This document shows, piece by piece, positions 19,488 through 29,469 of a DNA stretch of 64,000 nt. The stretch's first letter is position 1. Each line of letters opens with the position of its first letter. The stretch is from Actinomycetota bacterium (GTDB lineage Bacteria > Actinomycetota > Humimicrobiia > Humimicrobiales > Humimicrobiaceae), in contig JAGYMN010000001.1 of the NCBI GenBank assembly GCA_018400395.1, forward strand, positions 2,354 through 66,353, read 5' to 3'. A program made the position numbers and the translations under genes. The notes beneath the pieces are model-generated. The model had not been told where the DNA came from. It saw only the letters and a program-made list of their open reading frames with translations, and ran no database searches.

Positions 19488-20249
19488 TTAAACCTTTCCA
19501 AATCTTCTTTGCCTTTTCTGGTATTCTTTTATCGCCATTATAAAATATTTTCTTTTAAAATCTGGCCAGAGAACTCTGCTAAAATATAATTCGGTATACG
19601 ATATCTGCCAGAGCAAAAAATTACTCAGCCTGTACTCTCCGCTTGTCCTTATAAGCAGATCGGGGTCAGGAATACCGCCTGTAAAGAGATATTCTGAAAA
19701 AAGGTCTTCGTCCAAATTATCATATTTAAGTTTATTGTTTCCTATATCGCTGCATATTTTCTTAACCGCCTCCATAATCTCCTGTCTTGACCCGTAATTT
19801 AAAGCGATATTGAAATTAAGTTTGCTGTTAGCAGAAGTTTCCATTTCTGCGTCTTCGTATACTTTCAGGACTTCTGGAGGTATTCCCCTTCTATTACCAA
19901 TAAGCCTTAACCTGACGCCATGGTTTTTGAGCAGACCTAATTCATTTTTCAGGGTTTCTACAAAAAGTTTTAATAAGAACCTTACTTCGTTTTCCGGCCT
20001 TTTCCAGTTTTCACTTGATAGTGAAAACACAGTAAGATATTTAATTCCCAGATCTATGCATGCTCTTATAACTTCCCTGAGTGACTCTACCCCTGCTTTA
20101 TGTCCTGCACTCCTCGGCAGGTTCCTTTTTTCAGCCCACCTTCCGTTTCCATCCATTATTATAGCGACATGCAGTGGTATTTTTTTTAGGAATGCTCCCT
20201 CTCTTAATGATTTTCTGTTAGAAGCTAATATTGAAGAAAAAAAGTTCAA
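19488..20249 (-). CDS. uppS: Ditrans,polycis-undecaprenyl-diphosphate synthase
   Basis: 253 aa; HVAIIMDGNGRWA motif. Confidence 0.95.
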   Translation of the reverse strand: MNFFSSILASNRKSLREGAFLKKIPLHVAIIMDGNGRWAEKRNLPRSAGHKAGVESLREVIRACIDLGIKYLTVFSLSSENWKRPENEVRFLLKLFVETLKNELGLLKNHGVRLRLIGNRRGIPPEVLKVYEDAEMETSANSKLNFNIALNYGSRQEIMEAVKKICSDIGNNKLKYDNLDEDLFSEYLFTGGIPDPDLLIRTSGEYRLSNFLLWQISYTELYFSRVLWPDFKRKYFIMAIKEYQKRQRRFGKV

Positions 20250-20260
20250 AGTCCATATAC

Positions 20261-20818
20261 CTACACTTCCATGATTTCGTTTTCCTTCTGCTGGAGGGCA
20301 TTGTTTATTTTATCAATAAATTCATCAGTTAGATCCTGGACTTCTTTTTCCAACTTTAAAAGGTCGTCTTTGGTTATGTCCCCATCAGATTCCATCTTTT
20401 TTAATCTTTCATTTGCATCCCTTCTTATATTTCTGATGGCTACTCTTCCGTCCTCTGCTATTTTTTTTACAAGCTTTACAAGCTCATGCCTTCTTTCCTC
20501 ATTAAGGGGAGGTACGGCCAGTCTTATTACTTTTCCATCATTTGTGGGGTTAATTCCCAGGTCTGATTTGATTATCTGTGTCTCTATCTCTTTTAAAAAC
20601 TTCGGCTCATAAGGAGAAATCAATATTGTTCTGGGTTCAGGTATGCTGATATTTGAAGCATGTTTCAATTGTGTCCTTGTGCCGTAATAATCAATAAAGA
20701 TATTATCGAGAAGTGCTGCAGAGGCCCTGCCTGTTCTTATGGTATTGAATTCATGCCCTGTGCTTTCTACTGATTGCTCCATTTTTTTTCTTGATTCAAT
20801 TAATATCTTATCTTTCAT
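20261..20818 (-). CDS. frr: Ribosome recycling factor
   Basis: 185 aa; synteny pyrH-frr, typical RRF sequence. Confidence 0.95.
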   Translation of the reverse strand: MKDKILIESRKKMEQSVESTGHEFNTIRTGRASAALLDNIFIDYYGTRTQLKHASNISIPEPRTILISPYEPKFLKEIETQIIKSDLGINPTNDGKVIRLAVPPLNEERRHELVKLVKKIAEDGRVAIRNIRRDANERLKKMESDGDITKDDLLKLEKEVQDLTDEFIDKINNALQQKENEIMEV

Positions 20819-20820
20819 GA

Positions 20821-21567
<747 letters not shown>

Positions 21568-22167
21568 TTAATTATACTCGCCAAGTGCATAACGGCAGAA
21601 TCTTTTTACAACTATATTTTCCCCTATTGTAGCTATTTTTTCCTTTATAAGATCACCTATTTTTTTATCGGGATCCCTGATATAAGACTGCTCAAGAAGT
21701 ACATTTTCTTCATAATATTTATTTAACCTTCCTTCGGCTATCTTTTTTGCAATATTTTCAGGTTTTCCCTCATTTTCTGCCTGCTTTATATAAATTTCCT
21801 TTTCTTTTTCCGCAACTTCTGCCGGTACATCTTCTATAGATATGTATAAAGGATTGCTTGCAGCAATATGCAGCGCCAGATCATGGACAAATGATTTAAA
21901 CATCTCATTACGGGCTACAAAATCTGTTTCACAGTTCACTTCAAGAAGTACACCTATTTTTGATCCCTGGTGAATGTAGCTTTCTATTATTCCTTCTTTT
22001 GTTACCCTTGAAGCTTTTTTTAATGCTTTTACCAGACCTTTCTCTCTAAGAATCTCTGCAGCTTTTTCAATATTTCCATTTGCCTCTACAAGGGCTTTTT
22101 TACAGTCCATCATACCTGCCTTGCTTCTTTCCCTTAATTCCCTGACTTGATCAGATTTTATTTCCAT
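21568..22167 (-). CDS. tsf: Elongation factor Ts (short form)
   Basis: 199 aa; N-terminal UBA-like …[26 protein letters not shown]…. Confidence 0.95.
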   Translation of the reverse strand: MEIKSDQVRELRERSKAGMMDCKKALVEANGNIEKAAEILREKGLVKALKKASRVTKEGIIESYIHQGSKIGVLLEVNCETDFVARNEMFKSFVHDLALHIAASNPLYISIEDVPAEVAEKEKEIYIKQAENEGKPENIAKKIAEGRLNKYYEENVLLEQSYIRDPDKKIGDLIKEKIATIGENIVVKRFCRYALGEYN

Positions 22168-22183
22168 TTTCTATCTCCCTTTT

Positions 22184-22972
22184 TTATACCCAGATATCTT
22201 CATCCGGTTTTTCTTCAAGATCGTCTTCTGATTTTTCTTTTTCAAGCTCTTTTGCTTCCTTTTCTTCAGGGCTCCTCTTCTTCTTTTCCATTTCCAGGAC
22301 TCCTGCCTTGACCCCATCTGCTATTATCCTGGTTATCAAAGCACAGGAACGTATTGCATCGTCATTTCCAGGTATAATAAAATCTATTAGATCAGGGTCA
22401 CAGTTTGTATCTGTAATAGCAATAATTGGTATTCCAAGCTTCCTGGCTTCGTTGACAGCGATTATTTCCTTCCCGGGATCAATAATGTATATAACATCCG
22501 GAAGTTTCTTCATATCCCTTATACCACCTATATTATACATGAGCTTTTCGTATTCCTTCCTTATGCCAAGGACCTCTTTTTTAGGTAATTTGTCAAATAT
22601 ACCGGACTCTTCCATTTTTTCTATCTCTTCAAGCCTCTTCGTTCTTGTACTTATTGTTGAAAAATTAGTTAATGTTCCTCCAAGCCACCTGTTCCTTACA
22701 TAAGGCATACCGCATTCATCAGCAGCATTTTCTATTATGTCCTGAGTTTGTCTTTTCGTGCCGACAAAAAGTATTATTTCTCCCCTGCTGGCCAGTTCCT
22801 TTACATATTCGTGAGCTTCAATAATAAGCCTCATAGTCTCCGTAAGATCAATGATATATATGCCATTTTTTGCAGCATATATATATTTTTTCATCTTTGG
22901 ATTCCACTTCTGGGTCTGGTGACCAAAATGAACTCCTACTTCCAGAAGCTGCTTCATGGTGACGATACTCAA
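22184..22972 (-). CDS. rpsB: 30S ribosomal protein S2
   Basis: 262 aa; GVHFGHQT motif; TTG start 7 nt after AGGAGG; acidic C-terminal tail. Confidence 0.95.
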   Translation of the reverse strand: MSIVTMKQLLEVGVHFGHQTQKWNPKMKKYIYAAKNGIYIIDLTETMRLIIEAHEYVKELASRGEIILFVGTKRQTQDIIENAADECGMPYVRNRWLGGTLTNFSTISTRTKRLEEIEKMEESGIFDKLPKKEVLGIRKEYEKLMYNIGGIRDMKKLPDVIYIIDPGKEIIAVNEARKLGIPIIAITDTNCDPDLIDFIIPGNDDAIRSCALITRIIADGVKAGVLEMEKKKRSPEEKEAKELEKEKSEDDLEEKPDEDIWV

Positions 22973-23001
22973 AATATTACCTCCTGATTATGGTTTACCT
23001 C

Positions 23002-23047
23002 CACTGCTTTAACAATACTTATTTACACCATATTCCAGTAAGCAGTG
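23002..23047 (-). promoter_or_regulatory. rpsB 5'-UTR stem-loop (8-bp stem CACTGCTT/AAGCAGTG, 30-nt loop) abutting SD-like GGAGG; candidate S2 autoregulatory leader
   Basis: Inverted repeat seen directly in the ~100-nt leader between predicted promoter and rpsB start. Confidence 0.4.
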
Positions 23048-23075
23048 TTTGTTTTTTTTAAATTCCAAGTCTAAC

Positions 23076-23104
23076 ATAATATATGCTGTCGGGCAAATAA
23101 TCAA
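23076..23104 (-). promoter_or_regulatory. Sigma-70-like promoter for rpsB-tsf: -35 TTGATT (23104..23099), 17-nt spacer, -10 TATTAT (23081..23076)
   Basis: Minus-strand TTGATTatttgcccgacagcataTATTAT. Confidence 0.5.
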
Positions 23105-23113
23105 CTTATTTTT

Positions 23114-24049
23114 TTACCCGGCTCTTGGATGAAATTTCCTGTAATCAGATTTTATCTTCTCAATATCCATATGCGAATATATTTCAGTTGTGGAAATATT
23201 TTCGTGACCCAGAAGCTCCTGTATTTCCCTGATTCCTGCCCCCTCCTGTAAAAGATGCGTGGCAAAGCTATGCCTGATGCTGTGCGGAGTAATATTCTTC
23301 TTTATCCCTGCAAGCCTTACATTCTTTTTTACTATATCCCTTATGCTCCTGGAAGTAAGACCACTTCCCCTGATATTTAAAAAAAGATGGCCGTCTCTGG
23401 AATATGATTTCCTTTTACTATTAAAGCTCAGCTCATTACGGGCATCTTTGATGTACCTGTCCAGCCAGTAAAGTGCAATCTGGTTTACATATACAATCCT
23501 CTCTTTTCTGCCTTTTCCCATGACCTTAATCTCATTATTTTTTAAATTTAAGTCCCCCAGCATCATGTTTTCTATCTCGCTTACCCTTGCACCTGTTGAA
23601 TATAAAAGTTCAAGAATGGTTCTATCCCTTATGTCCAGACTGCTTACCGTCTTCATGCTGTCGAATAATTTTACCATCTCATCCCTTGAAAGAACCGTAT
23701 AATATTTTATTCTCTTCCGGGGTACATTAATAAATTTTGAAATATTACTCTTCATTATCTTATTTTCTTCAAGGAAACGAAAATAATTTATAAAGGCAGA
23801 ATACTTTCGGATAATTGTCCTATTGGAATAATTTTTACAGTCAAGTGATTTTAAAAATTTACGGAATATTACCAGATTAATATCACCAATATTCAATACA
23901 TTGTTATCTTTCAAAAAGCTGTTAAGCTGAATGAGATCTTTTTTATAGGAACTTATGGAATTTTTTGCGAGGTTCCTTTCATACTTTAGATATTCTAAAT
24001 AAAGCTCCAGGCTGCTGTTGCGGTTCATATTATAAATAATCACTTTCAA
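23114..24049 (-). CDS. xerC: Tyrosine recombinase XerC/XerD family
   Basis: 311 aa; C-terminal catalytic R..HxxR..Y: …HSIRHSFATHLLQEGAGIREIQELLGHENISTTEIYSHMD. Confidence 0.85.
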   Translation of the reverse strand: MKVIIYNMNRNSSLELYLEYLKYERNLAKNSISSYKKDLIQLNSFLKDNNVLNIGDINLVIFRKFLKSLDCKNYSNRTIIRKYSAFINYFRFLEENKIMKSNISKFINVPRKRIKYYTVLSRDEMVKLFDSMKTVSSLDIRDRTILELLYSTGARVSEIENMMLGDLNLKNNEIKVMGKGRKERIVYVNQIALYWLDRYIKDARNELSFNSKRKSYSRDGHLFLNIRGSGLTSRSIRDIVKKNVRLAGIKKNITPHSIRHSFATHLLQEGAGIREIQELLGHENISTTEIYSHMDIEKIKSDYRKFHPRAG

Positions 24050-24452
24050 TATCTTTCATTTTTTCTTTCAATTTTTCCCTATCTTCACCTATCTTCTCAG
24101 GACCTTTTAAATCTTTAATACTCCTGAGCTTTTCGCCATCAAAATCATATTCCTTTGCTTTTACGAGATATTTTTTTAAGTCATCTATCATTTTTATTAT
24201 CATATAACGGGTTTTATCAGATCTATAATCAATTTTTAAATTCTCTTTAGATATATCATCAATTATCCCATTAAGTTTATATTCTGATCTTTTAATTATT
24301 GCATCTGTTCTTGAAGGTTTTAACTTCTTATCCGATGAAAGGGCCTTTAGTATTTGGCCAATCTCTTTCTTTAAAATATTATCATATTGAAACAGGGCCA
24401 CCCCCAGGGGATTTTTGGGCCTCTCTACTTTTTTCCTTTTAAATAATGGCAT
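24030..24452 (-). CDS. Hypothetical protein (140 aa, basic/charged, no recognised domain)
   Basis: ORF with plausible SD (AAGGG) 8 nt upstream; occupies the dprA-xerC gap where topA/trmFO sit in Bacillus. Confidence 0.5.
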   Translation of the reverse strand: MPLFKRKKVERPKNPLGVALFQYDNILKKEIGQILKALSSDKKLKPSRTDAIIKRSEYKLNGIIDDISKENLKIDYRSDKTRYMIIKMIDDLKKYLVKAKEYDFDGEKLRSIKDLKGPEKIGEDREKLKEKMKDIESDYL

Positions 24453-24525
24453 ATGTCTACCCTTCTGTAAAAAATTTATACATTTATGTGATTATTTTAA
24501 TAGAAAAGAACTTCTAACACAAAGA

Positions 24526-25689
24526 TTAATCACATCTTTTATAATGATTCGAAGGCCCTTCTGAAATAAGTTTTTCCATCTCCAGGAATGCAAGTGAATT
24601 TAATATCTTTTTTATCGGCATCTGGCATTTTAAACAAAGATTTTCTACGCTCTCAGGCATGTAGCCTATGTTGTCAAATAACTTTTTAGTATCCGGCTCA
24701 AGTAATTTTTCTATTTCTTCGTATCTTTTTTTATGTATAATTCTATATTTTTTATTATCATCATCTTTAAATTTTAACAGATTATCAAACTCCTCCATTA
24801 TATCTTCTATGCATTCTACAAGTTTTGCCCCACTTTTTATAAACATATGACATCCTCTGCTGGCATTGCTGAATATACTTCCGGGAACTGCAAAGACTTC
24901 CCTGTTCTGCCTTAATGCTATTTCACCTGTAATAACTGCTCCGCTTTTTCTGCCGGCTTCTACTATGATAACACCCCTGCATAATCCACTTATTATTCTA
25001 TTCCTAACAGGAAAATTTTTTCTAAGCGGGGGAGTACCGGGTGGAAATTCTGTTATTACTGCTCCGTTTTCCGTTATCTCCCTGAACAGATTCCTGTTCT
25101 CCGGAGGATAAATTATATCAGGCCCGTTCCCAAGAACAGCCGTACTTCCCCCTTTCTCCTTAACTGCTGCAGAGTGAGCAGCACTGTCAATTCCAACTGC
25201 AAGTCCGCTTACTACATTAATGCCCATTGCGGAGATATTTCTGCTTATATACCCGGCAGCCTCAAGCCCATATTTTGTACATTTTCTGCTTCCAACTACA
25301 GCAATATTAAATTCATGTCTTATCCTGTTTCCTTTATAGAAAAGTACCGGTGGTGGTAAAAAAATATTCTTAAGCTGCTCGGGGTAATCATCATCTCCAA
25401 TGCAAAAAGCTTTAAATTCTTCCTTTTCCAGACCATGCAAAATCCTTTTATACTGCCTGTCTGAATTATCCTCAGCGGCTGAACTTTCATTAAACCCTGG
25501 CTGCATGTACTGTTTTTTATGTCCGTTCTTAAGAAAGAATCTGTTTGCAGCTCCTACATCATCATTATTTTTTCTGTAAATATCAATATACTCCGAAGAG
25601 CTTATTTTTAGATAGTACATTATATATAGAAGATTTTTTAGATTTCTATCCATAGATTCTTTCAGCCCTGTAGCTTGCAGATTCAACAA
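24526..25689 (-). CDS. dprA: DNA processing protein DprA (Smf)
   Basis: 387 aa; Rossmann-like DprA core …GLAVGIDSAAHSAAV…VLGNGPD.IYP.EN; C-terminal winged-helix-like region. Confidence 0.9.
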   Translation of the reverse strand: MLNLQATGLKESMDRNLKNLLYIMYYLKISSSEYIDIYRKNNDDVGAANRFFLKNGHKKQYMQPGFNESSAAEDNSDRQYKRILHGLEKEEFKAFCIGDDDYPEQLKNIFLPPPVLFYKGNRIRHEFNIAVVGSRKCTKYGLEAAGYISRNISAMGINVVSGLAVGIDSAAHSAAVKEKGGSTAVLGNGPDIIYPPENRNLFREITENGAVITEFPPGTPPLRKNFPVRNRIISGLCRGVIIVEAGRKSGAVITGEIALRQNREVFAVPGSIFSNASRGCHMFIKSGAKLVECIEDIMEEFDNLLKFKDDDNKKYRIIHKKRYEEIEKLLEPDTKKLFDNIGYMPESVENLCLKCQMPIKKILNSLAFLEMEKLISEGPSNHYKRCD

Positions 25690-27169
25690 TATGCCAGTCT
25701 TCTATATTTTCACTGCTGTCAAGATCTGCAATTGTCCTTGCTACTTTTATTATTCCCGATATCCCTCTGGCAGATAAACTGTACCTTTTGCCTATATTTA
25801 TTATTGTTTCTGCTTTAACTTTTTTCTCCCTTATCCATCTGTTGATCAAATTCTGCCCAATTTCTGAATTATAATTAATGTTTCTGTTCCCTTTAAATCT
25901 TTTATTTTGAATTTCAATTGCATTTTTTACCCTCTTTTTTATTTGTGCTGAACTTTCTTCACTGGAATCTTTTATGTAGCTTTCCTCTGTAAGCCTGCTT
26001 ACAAAAACTCTCATATCTATCCTGTCCATTATTGGTCCTGATAAATTACTCCAGTATCTTTTAAGCTCCCTTTCTGTACATTTACAGACATTACTGCTGT
26101 CCCCCCAGAATCCACATTTGCATGGATTTGTAGCAGCAACCAGCATAAAACTGCATGGAAAACAATATGAATACTGGTTTCTTGTAATAACAATTTCCCT
26201 GTTTTCTAATGGCTGCCTTAGATCCTCTATAAGGGTGGAAGGAAACTGTGAAAGTTCATCAAGAAACAATACTCCCCTGTGGGCCAGGCTAATAGCGCCG
26301 GGCCTCGGGTTAATTCCTCCGCCTATAAGTCCTGCCCTGCTTATGGTATGATGTGGGTTTATGAATGGTCTTCTGGATACAAGACCTTTAATTTTCTCGT
26401 TGCAAAGACTGTGTATCCTTGTAACTTCTATCCTCTGATTCATCTCCATATCAGGCATTATAGAGATAATCCTTCCTGCAAGCATCGTCTTTCCGCTTCC
26501 AGGCGGTCCCACCAGAAGAATATTGTGCATGCCCGCTGCAGCTATCTCCAGTGCCCTCTTTGCCCTGTATTGTCCTTTTACCTCTGAAAAATCAGGAACA
26601 AAATCATTTTTTTCAATTCCTTCAATTTTTTCCTTCTTTAATATAACATCCTCTATATCGTCTTTTACTATAAAACCTGCAGTTTCTTTTAGCGTTTTGC
26701 ATGGCACTATACCAATTCTTGTGTGGTACCCGGCCAAATTTGCTATCCCGGCAGGTACAAAAAAATATTTTTTATTATTTTTCACAGCTGTTTCAGCCAT
26801 TGATATAAGCCCTCTTACAGGATTAATATTCCCGTCGAGTGAGAGCTCGCCAATAAAACAACTTTCATCAAATCTCTTATCTTTTATCTGGCCGCTCGCT
26901 GCCAGTATTGCAATAGCTATGGGAAGATCATAGAGTGAACCTTCCTTTTTGATATCGGCCGGGGAAAGATTTATTATTATTTTTTTTACAGGAAAATCAA
27001 AACCACTGTTAATTATAGCAGATCTGACTCTCTGTCTTGATTCATTTACTGCCTTGCCCGGAAGCCCGACTATGTGAAGACCTGGAAGTCCTCTGGATAT
27101 ATGCACTTCAACAGATACTTTTATAGCTTCTATACCCAGTAGGGCAAAGCTGTCAAGTTTAAAAAACAT
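25646..27169 (-). CDS. comM: YifB/ComM family Mg-chelatase-like AAA+ ATPase
   Basis: 507 aa; Lon-like N-domain, Walker A GPPGSGKT, ChlI-type AAA+, C-terminal Mg_chelatase_C. Confidence 0.9.
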   Translation of the reverse strand: MFFKLDSFALLGIEAIKVSVEVHISRGLPGLHIVGLPGKAVNESRQRVRSAIINSGFDFPVKKIIINLSPADIKKEGSLYDLPIAIAILAASGQIKDKRFDESCFIGELSLDGNINPVRGLISMAETAVKNNKKYFFVPAGIANLAGYHTRIGIVPCKTLKETAGFIVKDDIEDVILKKEKIEGIEKNDFVPDFSEVKGQYRAKRALEIAAAGMHNILLVGPPGSGKTMLAGRIISIMPDMEMNQRIEVTRIHSLCNEKIKGLVSRRPFINPHHTISRAGLIGGGINPRPGAISLAHRGVLFLDELSQFPSTLIEDLRQPLENREIVITRNQYSYCFPCSFMLVAATNPCKCGFWGDSSNVCKCTERELKRYWSNLSGPIMDRIDMRVFVSRLTEESYIKDSSEESSAQIKKRVKNAIEIQNKRFKGNRNINYNSEIGQNLINRWIREKKVKAETIINIGKRYSLSARGISGIIKVARTIADLDSSENIEDWHIVESASYRAERIYG

Positions 27170-27287
27170 GCATCAATTATATATTCAATTATGCATTTAA
27201 GCAATAGCATATAAGGATTGCAAGCCATTAATTGAAAAAACTTTTTAAACCCTGAATCATTCACCACTGCACTGCCTTCCAGGGCTT

Positions 27288-27872
27288 CTAATATTTATCA
27301 GCTTTTTTATTTCTTATTTTTGCTGATTTCTTTCTAAATAATTTGATAATAACAACAGCAGTTATCAATATCAGCAAACATGCAGCAATAACCGGCACAA
27401 CTATAGAAAGAACAGAGGCGGTTGTTGAGGTTATATCTTCAGCAATACTAACCGGAACATTTCCAGCTCCACCGGTAGTAGCAGTGACAGCAGGACGTAT
27501 CACAAGTGATTTAACCGAACTTACACTTCCTGCAACGAACAGGCCGGCAAGAATGGCAAGAACTGCATTCACATGTGTAATACTGGATGCACTTGCAGCA
27601 AAAACAATCGCTCCTGCAGTGGGTCTAACAAAGCTCTGCACAACGTCATTTACATGGTTAACCTCTGGTATTTTATCTGCCAGTACTTCAATAATAAGTA
27701 GAAAGATAAGTGTACCGATTATCCACCAGGAGGTCATTGCATCCCAGGGCGCATTAAGTTTAATTAGATCTGTAAACTTTGCCAGAAGCGAGATAACCAG
27801 TAATGGAATGTATGCATTCAACCCCGCACTTGCCGAAAGTCCGAAAGCTGAAACAATATTAAAGATCTCCAT
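27288..27872 (-). CDS. Integral membrane protein, DUF4126-like (4-5 TM helices)
   Basis: 194 aa, highly hydrophobic; family assignment from memory of pattern, moderate. Confidence 0.55.
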   Translation of the reverse strand: MEIFNIVSAFGLSASAGLNAYIPLLVISLLAKFTDLIKLNAPWDAMTSWWIIGTLIFLLIIEVLADKIPEVNHVNDVVQSFVRPTAGAIVFAASASSITHVNAVLAILAGLFVAGSVSSVKSLVIRPAVTATTGGAGNVPVSIAEDITSTTASVLSIVVPVIAACLLILITAVVIIKLFRKKSAKIRNKKADKY

Positions 27873-27883
27873 ACTATCTTTTT

Positions 27884-28741
27884 TTATAGGTCATCGGTAT
27901 TAAAAGTATCACCATCTTCTATGGATCCTGACTCAAATCCCTTAAAAAACCATCTCTGCCTCTGCTCTGAAGTACCGTGAGTAAAGCTATCAGGCACAAC
28001 ATATCCCTGATATTGTTTTTGAATACGGTCATCCCCAACAGCACTTGCTGCATTCAGGGCTTCTTCCAGATCCCCTTCTTCAAGAAGATTCAATCTTTCC
28101 ATGTAATGTGCTACCACACCTGCGAAGTAATCTGCCTGCAGTTCAAGGCGTACATTATATTCATTGGCCTCAACCTCGCTTACCTGCGACTGCATGTACT
28201 GTACATCATCCATAATTCCCAGAAGAGTCTGCACGTGGTGGCCGACCTCATGTGCAATCACATAAGCTATCGCAAAATCCCCGGGCGCCTGGAACCTTTG
28301 ATGCAGTTCTTCAAAAAAGCTTAAGTCTATATATACTTTTTGGTCTGCAGGACAATAAAATGGGCCTGTCGCAGAACCTGCCATTCCACATGCAGATTCA
28401 ACATATTCTGTATACAAAACCAGTCCAGGTTCAATATAATCCATGCCTTCCCTGGCAAATAACTCGGTCCATACATCTTCAGTCTCTGCCAGTACAACCG
28501 ATACAAACCGGGCAAGTTCATCTTCCTGCTCTGTTGACTGATAGGTATCAGAGGCTGCCTGAGAATCAAGGCCAACATTAAATATTTGCGAAAGATCTCC
28601 ACCCCCGCAGAGTGTCAGGATAACTACGACAATTATTATTAATATCCCTCCGCCTATTCCGCCACCAATAGTAGTTCTCCTGACCCTGGCGCTCCTTCGG
28701 TCTTCTACATTAGAACTCTGCCTTCTATCCTGCCATTTCAT
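27884..28741 (-). CDS. ypfJ: Putative neutral zinc metallopeptidase (YpfJ/Zn_peptidase family) with N-terminal membrane anchor
   Basis: 285 aa; Gly-rich TM anchor GGGIGGGILIIIVVVIL, HEVGHHVQ (HExxH) and downstream E (…ELQADYFAG…), typical of the YpfJ family. Confidence 0.7.
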   Translation of the reverse strand: MKWQDRRQSSNVEDRRSARVRRTTIGGGIGGGILIIIVVVILTLCGGGDLSQIFNVGLDSQAASDTYQSTEQEDELARFVSVVLAETEDVWTELFAREGMDYIEPGLVLYTEYVESACGMAGSATGPFYCPADQKVYIDLSFFEELHQRFQAPGDFAIAYVIAHEVGHHVQTLLGIMDDVQYMQSQVSEVEANEYNVRLELQADYFAGVVAHYMERLNLLEEGDLEEALNAASAVGDDRIQKQYQGYVVPDSFTHGTSEQRQRWFFKGFESGSIEDGDTFNTDDL

Positions 28742-28763
28742 AGTATTTTCTCTTTAAATAAAT

Positions 28764-28777
28764 TGACAATCTTGTCA
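28764..28777. promoter_or_regulatory. Inverted repeat TGACAA-tc-TTGTCA in the divergent intergenic region upstream of ypfJ-like gene
   Basis: Directly visible 6-bp arms with 2-bp spacer; could be an operator or simply a -35-like TTGACA. Confidence 0.25.
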
Positions 28778-28886
28778 CCAGACCGTAATCAATCCTCCAT
28801 AAAATATTATATCAGAAAATTATAATAAAGAATTCATTGTAAACCTGATTATTATAATAATAATTTTACTTTCTTTTTTACTAAAG

Positions 28887-28895
28887 TGATATAAT
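28887..28895 (+). promoter_or_regulatory. Extended -10 element TGaTATAAT upstream of plus-strand ORF 28938..29366
   Basis: Sequence match only; no good -35 and no SD before the ATG. Confidence 0.25.
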
Positions 28896-28937
28896 TTTAT
28901 ACCGATAATTATATTTTAATCACTATCATAATATACA

Positions 28938-29366
28938 ATGTTTATAACAGTAACAAAAATAGAAACCGAGAACTGCCTTAGAGAGATTTTAAAAAAAGAA
29001 GGCTATTCGCTTAATAATAAAAAGGGTCTGGCCAGACTCGGTCCTGATATTAAGGCTGTAAGGGATAAAGAAGATTGGTATATCGAAGTAACTGGTTCTG
29101 AAAAATCAGGCCGCAGGCGGGTTGAGGATTTCTACCATGCATTTTTCAGATCCATATCAAGACTTAACAATAAAGAATGTAAACATATTGTAATAGCCGT
29201 TCCCGAGATTTTAAGAAAAATCTTACCAATCAGGGCAAGGGTATACAAAATTGCATGGAAAAGAATTGCAGAAGCTTTCCCTGAACTTGAAATCTGGCTT
29301 GTTGATACTGCCAATAAAAAATATCAGACTACTTCCTGGAGTTACTGGCTCAAACAGGGTGAATAA
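28938..29366 (+). CDS. Hypothetical protein (142 aa), one of only two plus-strand genes in the window; possible PD-(D/E)xK nuclease-like fold
   Basis: Intact ORF in an AT-rich intergenic-like patch; segment GPDIKAV…DWYIEVTGSEK resembles the PD…(D/E)xK core seen e.g. in YraN; no SD, so expression uncertain. Confidence 0.4.
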   Translation: MFITVTKIETENCLREILKKEGYSLNNKKGLARLGPDIKAVRDKEDWYIEVTGSEKSGRRRVEDFYHAFFRSISRLNNKECKHIVIAVPEILRKILPIRARVYKIAWKRIAEAFPELEIWLVDTANKKYQTTSWSYWLKQGE

Positions 29367-29469
29367 TTATTTTATTGAATTGAAAATGCTGACTCATTAC
29401 CTGTTCTAAACCTTTATAACCCGGGCTTTTTAATTATAATAACCAAAAAATTTTTTATATTCAAAATGG

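Noticed and set aside
27343-27903. 186-aa plus-strand ORF opposite the DUF4126 membrane protein; 28252..28581 (+) and 28327..28602 (-) inside the metallopeptidase gene
   Set aside because: Alternative frames/antisense of genes whose primary frames show coherent domain features (TM helices; HExxH).
27288-28741. Elevated GC of the metallopeptidase/DUF4126 pair as evidence for horizontal transfer
   Set aside because: Spot counts (~43-47% GC) are no higher than conserved enzyme genes elsewhere in the window (carB ~50%, metK similar); the contrast is with AT-rich spacers and fast-evolving genes, so composition alone does not support foreign origin.
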